DNA of 64,000 nt from the NCBI GenBank assembly GCA_016840095.1, contig JAEOSZ010000099.1:1-64000 (forward strand), read 5' to 3'. The stretch's first letter is position 1, and every line of letters begins with the position of its first letter. A program made the position numbers and the translations under genes. The notes under the pieces were generated by a model. It saw only the letters and a program-made list of their open reading frames with translations. It was not told where the DNA came from and did no database searches. Of this stretch, positions 9,209 to 18,995 are shown piece after piece. Source of the DNA: Candidatus Heimdallarchaeota archaeon (GTDB lineage Archaea > Asgardarchaeota > Heimdallarchaeia > Heimdallarchaeales > Heimdallarchaeaceae).

Positions 9209-10201
9209 ACGACAGGGCAGAATTCAGATATCATTGCTGAAAACGCAGATTCAATTTATGCATTCTTCTTGGGAAATAAAGATGGGGTAATCTATAAGGA
9301 AAGCATATTCAATGAGGAAAAATGTCCAATTGATATTCTTACAAATCTAGTAAAAGCTTTTTGTTCTTTTACTGAAGAAACCAAAATTTCAGACCGGGGA
9401 ACAATAGAATTAACAAACACAAAGATATCTTTCAGAAAGATTCAAGATATAACTTATGTTCTTAATCATGGAATCCAGGAAAGAACCAAAGCAGATTATG
9501 CAATAGATTTCTTATCTAATGAATTTGAAAATAGATCAAGATCCAAATTTCATAGTTCTGATCCTGAACAGGTTTTTTCTGGAGCCTCAGCAGTTTACAA
9601 TCAAGCAGTAGAAGAACTCTTTAGACCTGTAATTAACAAGGAAAGCCCCAAGTTTCGAAAGTATAGGAATGATGATATTTTGGATTTAGAACTAGTGGAT
9701 GTTCCTGTTAGTTTTGATGATTTGATGATAGTTTCAAAAACTCCTGAAATGCCAAAGAAAGTTGAAAAACCTTCAAAAAAGGATGAACAGATAACTCCGG
9801 CTGAAGAACAAACTCCAGAACAAATGCTTAATGCAGTTACTTTCAATATTCTTAACTCAATACAAGGTATTGACCAATTAGTGTTTGTTGAATATGAAGA
9901 AGAAAAAGCAGAGATATTCTTCCAAAATGGTGGTTTAGATCAGGATTTTGTTAATAAAACTCAAAAAATATGCGAGAAATATCTTTCAAACATTCTTGAA
10001 ATTATGAATGATGATCAAACACAAAATGCAATAGATGTTACGAATAAACATCAAATTATTTTCGTGAATTTAGATGAGAGGAATTTCATGTATGCAATTG
10101 CTTCAAAGGAAGTAGATGCAGTTATGATGGATCCTGTTTTTGAAAGGATAGCACGTAGAATCAAGAAAATGGTCTTAGATTTCAAGAAAGAAATCGAATA
10201 G
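9209..10201 (+). CDS. Longin-like plus roadblock-like two-domain protein
   Basis: N-terminal strand IYAFFLGNKDG lies upstream of the track start (9269); C-domain has roadblock topology; GAGGAGA RBS points to ACG at 9209. Confidence 0.6.
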   Translation, partial: TTGQNSDIIAENADSIYAFFLGNKDGVIYKESIFNEEKCPIDILTNLVKAFCSFTEETKISDRGTIELTNTKISFRKIQDITYVLNHGIQERTKADYAIDFLSNEFENRSRSKFHSSDPEQVFSGASAVYNQAVEELFRPVINKESPKFRKYRNDDILDLELVDVPVSFDDLMIVSKTPEMPKKVEKPSKKDEQITPAEEQTPEQMLNAVTFNILNSIQGIDQLVFVEYEEEKAEIFFQNGGLDQDFVNKTQKICEKYLSNILEIMNDDQTQNAIDVTNKHQIIFVNLDERNFMYAIASKEVDAVMMDPVFERIARRIKKMVLDFKKEIE

Positions 10202-10217
10202 AGATTACAATGATAAT

Positions 10218-11264
10218 CTATCCAAGGGTGACTTTTTCTTCAAAGAGATAACTCTTCCATTCTATTTTACAAGAGCATTCGAAGTCACCACTAATATCCT
10301 CTAAACTTTGTGACATTGTAAATTTCTTTAATGCATCGATAATTTTACTATCACAATCACCGCAATTATGTGCTCCTCTTTGAGTACCTGCGGCAACAAC
10401 GTCACAAATTAATCTTAAGTGAGGATAAGTAGATTTAATCTCATTACATAAGTGTAATAAAGACCACAACCATGGAGTTCTGTAGTGTTTTTTTTCAAAA
10501 AGATGCGAGAGATAAGTTCCTCTGTGTATACTTATCGCATTTATTGAAATAGTTTCAACTCCAATCTCATTGAGTTTTGAGACACTCTGCAGAATGTCTT
10601 GTATTGAATTAAATTCCGAAACAAAAGGCGGTTTAAACAGAAGATATGCCTTAACTCTTGCTCCAGCTTCTGTAATTCTCAACATAGCTTTTTCGAAATC
10701 CTCCCAGAAGAATCCCTTATTGATGGATTTCATCAAAATGTCATTATCAGCACTTTCCAAACCTATGGCTACTTCAACTTTTGAGATATCGGTAGATTCA
10801 GCTATAGTGTCTAAAGCTTTCTCTGTTACATACTCTGGTCTAGATTCTAGAACAATTTCTTTTACTTCCTCATATTGAGATGTTTCTTCAAGAATTCGTT
10901 TTTGAATGTCTTGAGGTACCTCTGAAAAATCAAGAAAACTGCCACTGGTAAATAATTTCACTGAGTAGATATCACTTTCCTTGATTGATTCCTGAAGTTT
11001 TATTTTGAAAGTTTCTAGCATGGTATCAAAATCAGATTCCTTAGGATTGTCATAGATATATCCACAGATTGAACAACCTCCACTTTTAGACAATGCCCAA
11101 GAACATCCTCTAGTTGGAAGAATGAAAACAATTGCTTTACCAGGTCCAGAGCGAAGTCGATGATCCTCAACCCAGTGTACAACCTTTCTAGTATGAGATC
11201 TATCACCAAGTGATTTTTCTCGTATTTCTTTGATTGATTGTGCAAATTCTATGTCGAATTTCAT
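10218..11264 (-). CDS. raSEA: Archaeosine biosynthesis radical SAM enzyme RaSEA
   Basis: TRGCSWALSKSGGCSICGY, FTSGSFLD, ESRPE, RGAHNCGDC; coupled to arcS. Confidence 0.93.
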   Translation of the reverse strand: MKFDIEFAQSIKEIREKSLGDRSHTRKVVHWVEDHRLRSGPGKAIVFILPTRGCSWALSKSGGCSICGYIYDNPKESDFDTMLETFKIKLQESIKESDIYSVKLFTSGSFLDFSEVPQDIQKRILEETSQYEEVKEIVLESRPEYVTEKALDTIAESTDISKVEVAIGLESADNDILMKSINKGFFWEDFEKAMLRITEAGARVKAYLLFKPPFVSEFNSIQDILQSVSKLNEIGVETISINAISIHRGTYLSHLFEKKHYRTPWLWSLLHLCNEIKSTYPHLRLICDVVAAGTQRGAHNCGDCDSKIIDALKKFTMSQSLEDISGDFECSCKIEWKSYLFEEKVTLG

Positions 11265-13165
11265 TTATTCACCCTCACCTTTTTCTTTACTTCAGCTACT
11301 TTTCCTGATGTCATTTTGTTCATGTCTAATCCAGATACCAATGCTCTTGCAGTTGCTATTACTTTATTCTCATGAATGACGAATATTTCATCCTCAGGTA
11401 GGATGTGTTTATCTGCACTCAAACACCCTGGAGCATAGATATTACTTCCAGACGCATAATTTGCTCCAAATTGGAGTTTGTTTAAGGAGATTTCGGCAAT
11501 GTCTTCAACATAGGCTGGAAAAATTGATAGAAAGCCTGAAGATGCGTGAATTGTACCAATATGTTGTCCTTCTCTAAAAATTTGGGGACTTTTTGGGTAT
11601 TTTCCTTTTAATTTTATTTTATCTGGGAAAAGGGTTTTTCCTGTTCCTAGACCAAACTGAAAGTCAGCAATCGCTCTTAATTTCTTAACATTTGAGTTTA
11701 TTCTTTCTAATGGTTCAGAGAGAAATTGTGCTTGAGTAGAAACTAGAATATCTGCTAGTTCCTTTAATGATTCATGACTTGTGGTTGGAGCTCTATGAGC
11801 AGTATCAATAACCTTCAAAGATATACTCTTTCTTACTCTTTCAACAATGTCTTCATAGCCATGACCATGAAGGTGATTAATAACTATGCTATCTTTATAG
11901 TAGTGAGAAAGTACTTCTTTGAGAAGATTCGTAGTAATCTCGATTTCTTTTTCTGACCAGTTTCCAGCTACAGGAATATCATAAAATCTTGCTGGATATA
12001 TATTTTCAAGTTCTCTAGGAACTACTGATAAGGGTGAAGTAATAATCAGCTCTGATAAGATGGAAAAAACGCTGGAACCAGCTTTCTTTATTGCATTTCT
12101 ATACATTAAATGTGATCGTGAAAAAGAATACGGTTTTCTTGCAGAACAAGGGAGCAATAATACTATTCTAGAATTTGAATGAGGTCTAAATCTTTCCTTG
12201 ATTCGGCTTCTAAATTCAGAAATTACTGGTCTACACAAAGATTCTTCTCCTACACACTTAACAGGAGCGGAAGAATTTAGTGGTGTTCTCTTTCTGAAGA
12301 GATCACCATAGTTTGTGTCTAAGTGTCTAAGAGTTGCAGCAAATGTTACGTTCTTATGAATATCTTGTTCTACAATAGTTCTTAGTGTGCCACTATTAAG
12401 AGCAAAATTTACTCGAGCAATGGCATTTTTCATTATCTGTTCATTGTGACCAAAAATGTTTTGTGGAGTTGAAGAACAATAAGAACAGTAACAGGAGGGA
12501 TGATTATCTAATGAGAAAGCTCCATCCTCTGTAAGAAAGAATCCATTTTTTGAGATTTTATAAGCAAATGAATTGTCAAAAAAATCTATTCCAATATAAG
12601 TAAGAAAGGAATAGAGTGCTGGAGATATTGAACCTGGTAGATAAAGCCCTATATCTGGAGACAACTTGTTTCTCAGTTTTGTCATTCTTTCTGCTAATTT
12701 TCGTTGATTTGTAAACAGTTTCTTCAAATCATTGAGCACTATCAAAGAACAATCTGTTTCAAGTATCTCGTCAATTTTGTTGGATTCATAGTAATCTATA
12801 GGTAGAACCAAAATCTGTTTTTCTAGATTTGGTAACAATAAGAAATTCTCTAAATATGATTCATAATCTTTTTTTGATATTTGCTCAGGAGCATATGATG
12901 GATAATAGGGTTGTAAGGATAGTTGATTTGATTCAAACAGTATTTTTTCCTTTTTTGAGTCTGGAATATTCCAAACAAAGTTTAAGTCTACTAAATCCTT
13001 TGAAGAATAATCTGGAATTAAAGGGGAATCTACATAAGCAGAATACCCATTCATTGTCTCTGGTTCTTCTATTGAAATAAGACCAGGAGATAAAGGGTAA
13101 TGAGTCCGAGTCTCAGCTAAGATACGTCCAAAACCAAATTGTAGTAGTGGTTGGAAGAATCTCAT
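11261..13165 (-). CDS. arcS: Archaeosine synthase subunit alpha ArcS
   Basis: TGT-like N-terminus, LLPCSARKPYSFSRSH, TSPLSVVPRELE, YDIPVAGNW, C-terminal PUA. Confidence 0.93.
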   Translation of the reverse strand: MRFFQPLLQFGFGRILAETRTHYPLSPGLISIEEPETMNGYSAYVDSPLIPDYSSKDLVDLNFVWNIPDSKKEKILFESNQLSLQPYYPSYAPEQISKKDYESYLENFLLLPNLEKQILVLPIDYYESNKIDEILETDCSLIVLNDLKKLFTNQRKLAERMTKLRNKLSPDIGLYLPGSISPALYSFLTYIGIDFFDNSFAYKISKNGFFLTEDGAFSLDNHPSCYCSYCSSTPQNIFGHNEQIMKNAIARVNFALNSGTLRTIVEQDIHKNVTFAATLRHLDTNYGDLFRKRTPLNSSAPVKCVGEESLCRPVISEFRSRIKERFRPHSNSRIVLLLPCSARKPYSFSRSHLMYRNAIKKAGSSVFSILSELIITSPLSVVPRELENIYPARFYDIPVAGNWSEKEIEITTNLLKEVLSHYYKDSIVINHLHGHGYEDIVERVRKSISLKVIDTAHRAPTTSHESLKELADILVSTQAQFLSEPLERINSNVKKLRAIADFQFGLGTGKTLFPDKIKLKGKYPKSPQIFREGQHIGTIHASSGFLSIFPAYVEDIAEISLNKLQFGANYASGSNIYAPGCLSADKHILPEDEIFVIHENKVIATARALVSGLDMNKMTSGKVAEVKKKVRVNK

Positions 13166-13284
13166 TTCAATCCCAGAAGTTTTCTATGCAAAAAGGAAAG
13201 ACAAACAGAATAAAAAGAAATTGGTAAATAAGAAAATAGATTTTTTATGGAGATAAACTAAAAAAGCAATATTACAGCTATACT

Positions 13285-14442
13285 ATGAACCGAATGATTG
13301 ACTACATGCTTCAAGAAATTAATGAACAACCCACTTTTCTGAAGAATCTTCTAATTACAAGTAAAGAAAAAATTTACGAGAAACTGAATCAAATCAGAGA
13401 GAAAAAGGAAATAAAAAGAATTGTTCTTACAGGATGTGGAGATTCTTTATGTGCAGCCTTAACAACAGAATACGCATTCAACAAGAAGAAATTATCAACT
13501 ATGGTATTTCCTCCGATGGAAATATCGAGATACAAGTACAGGTTCTTTGATCTTTTAGATGATAAAACACTTTTAATCCCAATTTCAGTAAGTGGGAGAA
13601 CTCCTAGAGTTGTAGAAAGCATCCATGCAGCAAGAAGTCGAAATTGTTCTATTTTAGCAATTACTAATAATCCAGATAGTCCAGTTGCCAAGAAATCAGA
13701 TGATATCGTTTATGCAAAATCATCAAAAGTTGAATCGCTAAAAACCACTTCATATGAAGGGGAAATCAGTAGTCAGTATGTTGGATATGAACACGATGTT
13801 CCTCAGACAAAGAGCTATACTGCTGTTCAAATGGCATTGTTGCTTCTAGCAGAAAGTTTTGGAAAAGATCCGGATTATTCAGAATTAGAATCAATACCAG
13901 ATATTGTAAAAAAAACGATCGAGAATCCTATAATTAAGGAATTAGGAATCAAACATTCGAATGCGTCTAAACACATTTATTCAGCATCAGGACCGAATTA
14001 TGGAAATGCTCTTTTTGGAGAATTTAAAATGTATGAGTTCTCACTAATAGGATTTAGTAAAGAAATAGAGGAATATTGTCATACTGCTTATTTCATAACA
14101 GAGAAGGGAACACCAGTAATTTTCATGGCACCAAGAGAAATAGCCTATCAAAGAGTATCAGAAATTGCACCAATACTTAAGAAGATTATAGAAGCAAATC
14201 CGATAGTTCTATCAGAAGAACAACCTGATTTTGATAACTCTAATTGGCTAGAAGTACCCTATGCTGGTTCTGAGGAAAATTCTGTTATTCCCTATGGAGT
14301 CGTAGCTCCACTATTTGCTTACTGGGTAGCTAAGGAAAGAGGTTTGAATGTCAATACATTCAGAGGGGGAGTTGAACAGGAAAAGTATGTAGAAGGATCT
14401 TACTATACAATAAGAAGTAGTAAGGTAAAGGATGATTACTGA
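13285..14442 (+). CDS. Double-SIS sugar-phosphate isomerase/deaminase (GlmS C-terminal-like)
   Basis: EINEQP, GCGDS, SVSGRT, TKSY, EEYCH; no glutaminase domain. Confidence 0.85.
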   Translation: MNRMIDYMLQEINEQPTFLKNLLITSKEKIYEKLNQIREKKEIKRIVLTGCGDSLCAALTTEYAFNKKKLSTMVFPPMEISRYKYRFFDLLDDKTLLIPISVSGRTPRVVESIHAARSRNCSILAITNNPDSPVAKKSDDIVYAKSSKVESLKTTSYEGEISSQYVGYEHDVPQTKSYTAVQMALLLLAESFGKDPDYSELESIPDIVKKTIENPIIKELGIKHSNASKHIYSASGPNYGNALFGEFKMYEFSLIGFSKEIEEYCHTAYFITEKGTPVIFMAPREIAYQRVSEIAPILKKIIEANPIVLSEEQPDFDNSNWLEVPYAGSEENSVIPYGVVAPLFAYWVAKERGLNVNTFRGGVEQEKYVEGSYYTIRSSKVKDDY

Positions 14443-14462
14443 ATAAATGAGATGAAGAATGT

Positions 14463-14490
14463 TGACGGGCTTGGTTGGATTTGAACCGAC
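14463..14490 (-). pseudogene. Degenerate tRNA 3' fragment (T-arm plus acceptor strand), att-like scar
   Basis: Minus strand GTCGGTTCAAATCCAACCAAGCCCGTCA; no D or anticodon arm. Confidence 0.65.
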
Positions 14491-14644
14491 GGTTCGATTT
14501 TGTAGAAATATAGAATTCAGAATTTTAATGAACCATAAATTCTCCTGAGAATAGATCTACTAAAACAATTTTCTAAACCTCCACTCCTTATTCAATGAGG
14601 AAGATATTTATAAACTATCAAATCAAAAAATGGATGTATAAATA

Positions 14645-15658
14645 ATGAAGGAAAAAACACGAAAACTTGGAAGAAGTGGTATAGAGGTTAGTTCTCTCGG
14701 ATTTGGTTGCTGGGCTATCGGTGGTCCTCTTTGGTATATCGTTAATGATGAGCGTCACCCATTAAGTTATGGAACTGTAAACGATAAAGAATCGATTGAA
14801 GCTATCCATCGTGCTCTTGAGTTAGGAGTGAATTTCTTTGATACTGCTGATGCATATGGGTGTGGGCACAGTGAGCGTGTCTTAGGACAGGCAATAGAAG
14901 AACGACGTGAAGAGGTTATTATTGCAACCAAATTTGGTAATGTGTTTGATGAAGAGAGCAGGACGTGGCTAGGGCATCCTGATCCACCTATATCTGCTGA
15001 ATATGTTTGGGAATGTTGTAAAGCGAGTTTAGAGAGGCTCAATACAGATTATATCGATTTATACCAGTTTCACTGGAAGGATTATGACACTGCCCTTGTA
15101 ACCGATCTTCTATCAATTTTAGAGAATTTAGTAGATGAAGGAATGATCCGCTCCTACGGCTGGAGTACTCCTAATTTAGAACAAGTTAGAGCATTTATAG
15201 AGGGACAAAATTGTACAGCAATCCAATATAATTATAACATACTGGAACGACATCCAGAGATGCTAGCTATGTGTAAAGAAAACAACCAAGCAAGCATAAC
15301 TCGAGGACCTCTAGCTATGGGATTACTGACGGGAAAGTACACTCATGATTCAAGTATCCAAAAAAACGATTTACGAGTTCATTGGAACTTAAGTAAGGGG
15401 AGACATGCAAAACAGTTGGAGCAGTTGGATTTAATTAAAGAAGTATTGACGAGAGATGGACGAACATTGGTTCAAGCAGCTATGGGTTGGCTCTGGGCTC
15501 TGGATCCGCAAATTATTCCTATCCCCGGATTCAAAACAATGAAACAGGTTGAGGAAACTGCAGGAGCACTGGAATTTGGTTCACTAAGTCAAAAACAAAT
15601 GCAAGAAATTGATAAAATATTGGAGCCCTATAAGGACGAATTGATTGTGCTCGATTGA
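14645..15658 (+). CDS. Aldo/keto reductase
   Basis: LGFGCWAIGG, FFDTADAYG, IATKFG, SLERLNTDYIDLYQFH, PIPG. Confidence 0.95.
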   Translation: MKEKTRKLGRSGIEVSSLGFGCWAIGGPLWYIVNDERHPLSYGTVNDKESIEAIHRALELGVNFFDTADAYGCGHSERVLGQAIEERREEVIIATKFGNVFDEESRTWLGHPDPPISAEYVWECCKASLERLNTDYIDLYQFHWKDYDTALVTDLLSILENLVDEGMIRSYGWSTPNLEQVRAFIEGQNCTAIQYNYNILERHPEMLAMCKENNQASITRGPLAMGLLTGKYTHDSSIQKNDLRVHWNLSKGRHAKQLEQLDLIKEVLTRDGRTLVQAAMGWLWALDPQIIPIPGFKTMKQVEETAGALEFGSLSQKQMQEIDKILEPYKDELIVLD

Positions 15659-15730
15659 ATTAGCGAGTGTTGTGGCATATCAATTATTTGGATCATGCTT
15701 TTCTTAGAATAAAAAGATAAAGAATGATTA

Positions 15731-16483
15731 TTAAGGAGTATTGAACTCCATATTTTCAACTTTGAATTTAATATAATCAAAATCACCATCGGGAAGGTAC
15801 CAAGTACCTACGAACTTTGTAGGAACCAAGTAATCTCCAAATTTCTTATAATCCTTATAGTACCCTCCCCATTTATCAAAGGAAATCCCTTTTTTGATAG
15901 CTCTAGCTCTTTTACTCTCAAAACTAATCATTTCTCCTTTTTCATTAAATCTAAAAACACCATCCGCCTTGATTCCACAATCCTCAATAAAAACGCGAGC
16001 TGAAGTACTGTTTATCTCTTCCCATGTTAGGTAATCTGCAGTTAGAAATGCAGTAGGGATCATAGCTAACTCAGATAGGAAACGAAGAAGAGCTGCTTGA
16101 TCGATTTCTGGTCCTATACTCTTACCCATAGGCATTACAGAATTGAGTTTAATTTTTACTTCTCCTTTTCCTTTGAAGTAGTAATCCCTAGCAGAAATAG
16201 AAAGAATTGGAAGTGGTCTAACTATTCCTTTCCAATAGAATGCTGGTATATCAGTTAGATAATGGTAATGACCTTTTATTTTAAACCAAGGACGTTCAGG
16301 GTCAGTTTTAAAAAATCCACCATGAATCATTTTGGAATAATATATTACTTCTGTTTCCTCTTCTAAAACTAATTGAAGAAACCTTTGAACAGGTTCGGGA
16401 AAAGAATCCAAGTTCTGAAATGAAACTAATCTTCTTTGCTCATTCTTTCTATCTAAGGCAAAATTCAAGATTTCCTTTTTCAT
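15731..16483 (-). CDS. DUF6544/DUF6920-like protein
   Basis: PEPVQRFL, RDYY, LLRFLSE..PTA, W..YY.DY pattern. Confidence 0.7.
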   Translation of the reverse strand: MKKEILNFALDRKNEQRRLVSFQNLDSFPEPVQRFLQLVLEEETEVIYYSKMIHGGFFKTDPERPWFKIKGHYHYLTDIPAFYWKGIVRPLPILSISARDYYFKGKGEVKIKLNSVMPMGKSIGPEIDQAALLRFLSELAMIPTAFLTADYLTWEEINSTSARVFIEDCGIKADGVFRFNEKGEMISFESKRARAIKKGISFDKWGGYYKDYKKFGDYLVPTKFVGTWYLPDGDFDYIKFKVENMEFNTP

Positions 16484-16534
16484 TTAAGTCAAGGAAAAAA
16501 ATTGTTGTTAAAAAGATTTGTAAATGTAATGAAA

Positions 16535-16611
16535 TGGCGGGCTAGCCCGGATTTGAACCGGGGACCCTCAGGTTAAAAGCCTGCTGCTCTACCTAGCTGA
16601 GCCACTAGCCC
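16535..16611 (-). tRNA. tRNA-Lys(UUU), intronless, CCA encoded
   Basis: GGGCTAGTGGCTCAGCTAGGTAGAGCAGCAGGC-TTTTAA-CCTGAGGGTCCCCGGTTCAAATCCGGGCTAGCCCGCCA folds as a cloverleaf. Confidence 0.97.
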
Positions 16612-16662
16612 ATTTACGTTTTCTTCTGTTTATACTCTTTTAATAAAACTTTCGTTTTGCAT

Positions 16663-17346
16663 CTATTTATTACCGAAAACCATACAGTAACTGTGATCAT
16701 ATCCATATCCGTAAATTCCATCACTAGTACCTGAATTGTCATCCTCCCACTTTACGATTATTTCTCCTTCAAAATGTAGAACCTTGGAGATTTCCTTTGT
16801 TACATCCCAAGCGAGTGTTGTAACTTCTCCACTGATTTTTTTTAGATTTGCGACTTCAACAATAATTACAGAGTTAGGTTTCATTAACTGTTTTAATTGA
16901 CTAAAAATGTGTACATAATCTTTCAAATACTCTTCATAACTTCCTTTTGTAGTATAAGAAGTGAATGGATTTTCGTTATCGTTTTTAGACATATATGGTG
17001 GAGATGTTAAGAAGAAGTCGCATTTTGGAAATTTATATTCCACTAATTTCTTTGCATCTCCTTTGATTATGTTTTCTTTATGTTTCAAGTTTTCTCTGAT
17101 GTAATTCCATCTAGTTTCATCGTATTCTATTCCATATGGAACTCTATTCATTTCTTCTGCGACAAAAAGAGTGGTTCCCAAACCTGCAAAAATATCTAAT
17201 ACCAAATCTCCTTTCTCAGTGTACTCTTTTAGAAAATATTCTACAAGTGTTTCTGAAAACCTATTATCATCTCCTTCGAAACCCTTAGGCAATTTTTTCT
17301 TCTGGATTTTAGGTAATGAAATAACGGTTTTCATCTGTTCCCACAT
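16663..17346 (-). CDS. Orphan N4/N6 nucleic-acid methyltransferase
   Basis: Motif I DIFAGLGTT precedes motif IV TSPPY. Confidence 0.85.
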   Translation of the reverse strand: MWEQMKTVISLPKIQKKKLPKGFEGDDNRFSETLVEYFLKEYTEKGDLVLDIFAGLGTTLFVAEEMNRVPYGIEYDETRWNYIRENLKHKENIIKGDAKKLVEYKFPKCDFFLTSPPYMSKNDNENPFTSYTTKGSYEEYLKDYVHIFSQLKQLMKPNSVIIVEVANLKKISGEVTTLAWDVTKEISKVLHFEGEIIVKWEDDNSGTSDGIYGYGYDHSYCMVFGNK

Positions 17347-17352
17347 TCGATA

Positions 17353-17928
17353 TTAAACAAATTTAACCATATCTGTTTTAGTTAATGTTACTTTTCTTCG
17401 TGTGGCTGGAGCATTCATTAGGTGCCAAACAGAGTATTGTTCTTCGTATGGATAAGTTGCAGATATTGCATCAACTGGTACAATTATCTCCAAACCTCTA
17501 GTTGCTGCTCCTGTAGCAGTATGAAGAACTGCGCCATTTGCTGAAGTACCCACAATAATCACTGTTTTGATTCCATTGTCAATTAAGATTTGTTCCAATT
17601 CTGTGTTTTGGAATTTATCAACACTTGCTTTAATAATAATCTCATCCTTAGTGGGGAAGATTTCTTTTCTAATGTCATTCTTTGATGCAGCACTAGTTAA
17701 GCTATAAACAATTAGCATGTTGTTATCTCTTGCTTTGTCAAGTAACGTTTGAATATGATGCAGTTTTTGTACACATCTAGGTCTTCTATCTTGATTACAA
17801 TTATTATTTTGAATATCTAAAACAAGTAGAGCTGTTTCTCTGAATTTCAATTGAATGCCTATTAATTCTGGAGCACTAGGAACTTTAACTCTATCCCATT
17901 CGTCAATAATGGTTTCTTCAGAAGCCAT
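17353..17928 (-). CDS. Isochorismatase/cysteine hydrolase family protein lacking the catalytic Cys
   Basis: TALLVLDIQ, K-x4-F..T.L, GTSANGAV where C is normally found. Confidence 0.85.
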   Translation of the reverse strand: MASEETIIDEWDRVKVPSAPELIGIQLKFRETALLVLDIQNNNCNQDRRPRCVQKLHHIQTLLDKARDNNMLIVYSLTSAASKNDIRKEIFPTKDEIIIKASVDKFQNTELEQILIDNGIKTVIIVGTSANGAVLHTATGAATRGLEIIVPVDAISATYPYEEQYSVWHLMNAPATRRKVTLTKTDMVKFV

Positions 17929-18247
17929 AACTGTGATTTAGTTTAACACTATAAAAGATATTTGTCAAATAATCATCTTAAATGAACAGTTAATCAAATA
18001 GAACATATCTCTTTGATTAGATATTACTGGCGCTTTTATAGGTAAAAATAAGTAAGTTATTGATGACTCAGGTGTTGAGAGCAGAATGTGTAGAAATAGC
18101 TTATCATCCTGTGTTAAGCAAGCTTTGTCATCAAGTTAATCTCTATAACAGAGCGAATTTCCTTGTGGTTACTCATTTCTGAAGGACGTATTGAAAAATT
18201 TAAGTATCTCAATCATTTTACGTATGACAGCTCAGAAAGGTGTAAGT

Positions 18248-18994
18248 GTGAATATCGACGAAATCCAAGGGGAAAACATGAATATTTTTGATCTATCAAC
18301 TAAAAATTCTATTTTCAGAGAGATAGCAATTTTAGTCTATTTAGCTCAGAGAAGAGCAGCTGAAAGGGAAATAGAAGTTACTACTACTCAACTTGCCAAT
18401 TATTTTTCTATCTCACAACAAACTGCATCAAGATGTTTACAGGATTTAGATAAGAAGAAAATAGTAAATTGGAAATCTACTCCTAAGGGTTCCTTAGTTC
18501 AACTCACACCAACTGGAATTTCAATTCTTGAGCAACTTCGTTTTGAATTAGAAAAAGCACTTCATCCTGATTTATCATTTATTACACTAAAAGGAAAAAT
18601 AATTACTGGTACTGGTCAAGGTAAATACTACATCTCACGTCCTTCTTATCTTAATTCATTCAGAAAGAAACTAGGTTTTACACCCTATCATGGGACATTA
18701 AATGTTAGGATAAATTTAGAAGATAAAAATGGCTTAGATTTGATAAGAGGTTCCTGGCCAACAATCATTACTGGATTTGAAGGTGAGGAAAGAGAATTTG
18801 GAGATGTTTTATGTTATCCTCTCGAAGTAGTTAATTTAGATGCAAAAGCTGCAGGAATAAAACCTACAAGAACTCACCATGGTGAAAACATTCTTGAAAT
18901 TATAAGTGATGTGTGTATTAGAGACGAAATGAACCTGAAAGATGGAGATGAAATCACCATCAAGTTTTCATTAGAACAAGAAGAGACTGGGTAA
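18248..18994 (+). CDS. ribK: HTH-fused CTP-dependent riboflavin kinase (RbkR type)
   Basis: HTH SQQTASR; GTGQGKYY, FTPYHGTLNV, PTRTHH, LKDGD. Start uncertain (18191/18248/18278). Confidence 0.92.
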   Translation: MNIDEIQGENMNIFDLSTKNSIFREIAILVYLAQRRAAEREIEVTTTQLANYFSISQQTASRCLQDLDKKKIVNWKSTPKGSLVQLTPTGISILEQLRFELEKALHPDLSFITLKGKIITGTGQGKYYISRPSYLNSFRKKLGFTPYHGTLNVRINLEDKNGLDLIRGSWPTIITGFEGEEREFGDVLCYPLEVVNLDAKAAGIKPTRTHHGENILEIISDVCIRDEMNLKDGDEITIKFSLEQEETG

Positions 18995-18995
18995 A

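Noticed and set aside
14463-14540. tRNA fragment as a split-tRNA 3' half
   Set aside because: No anticodon-arm remnant, no GC-rich complementary leader, and a mismatched T-stem; a decayed scar fits better.
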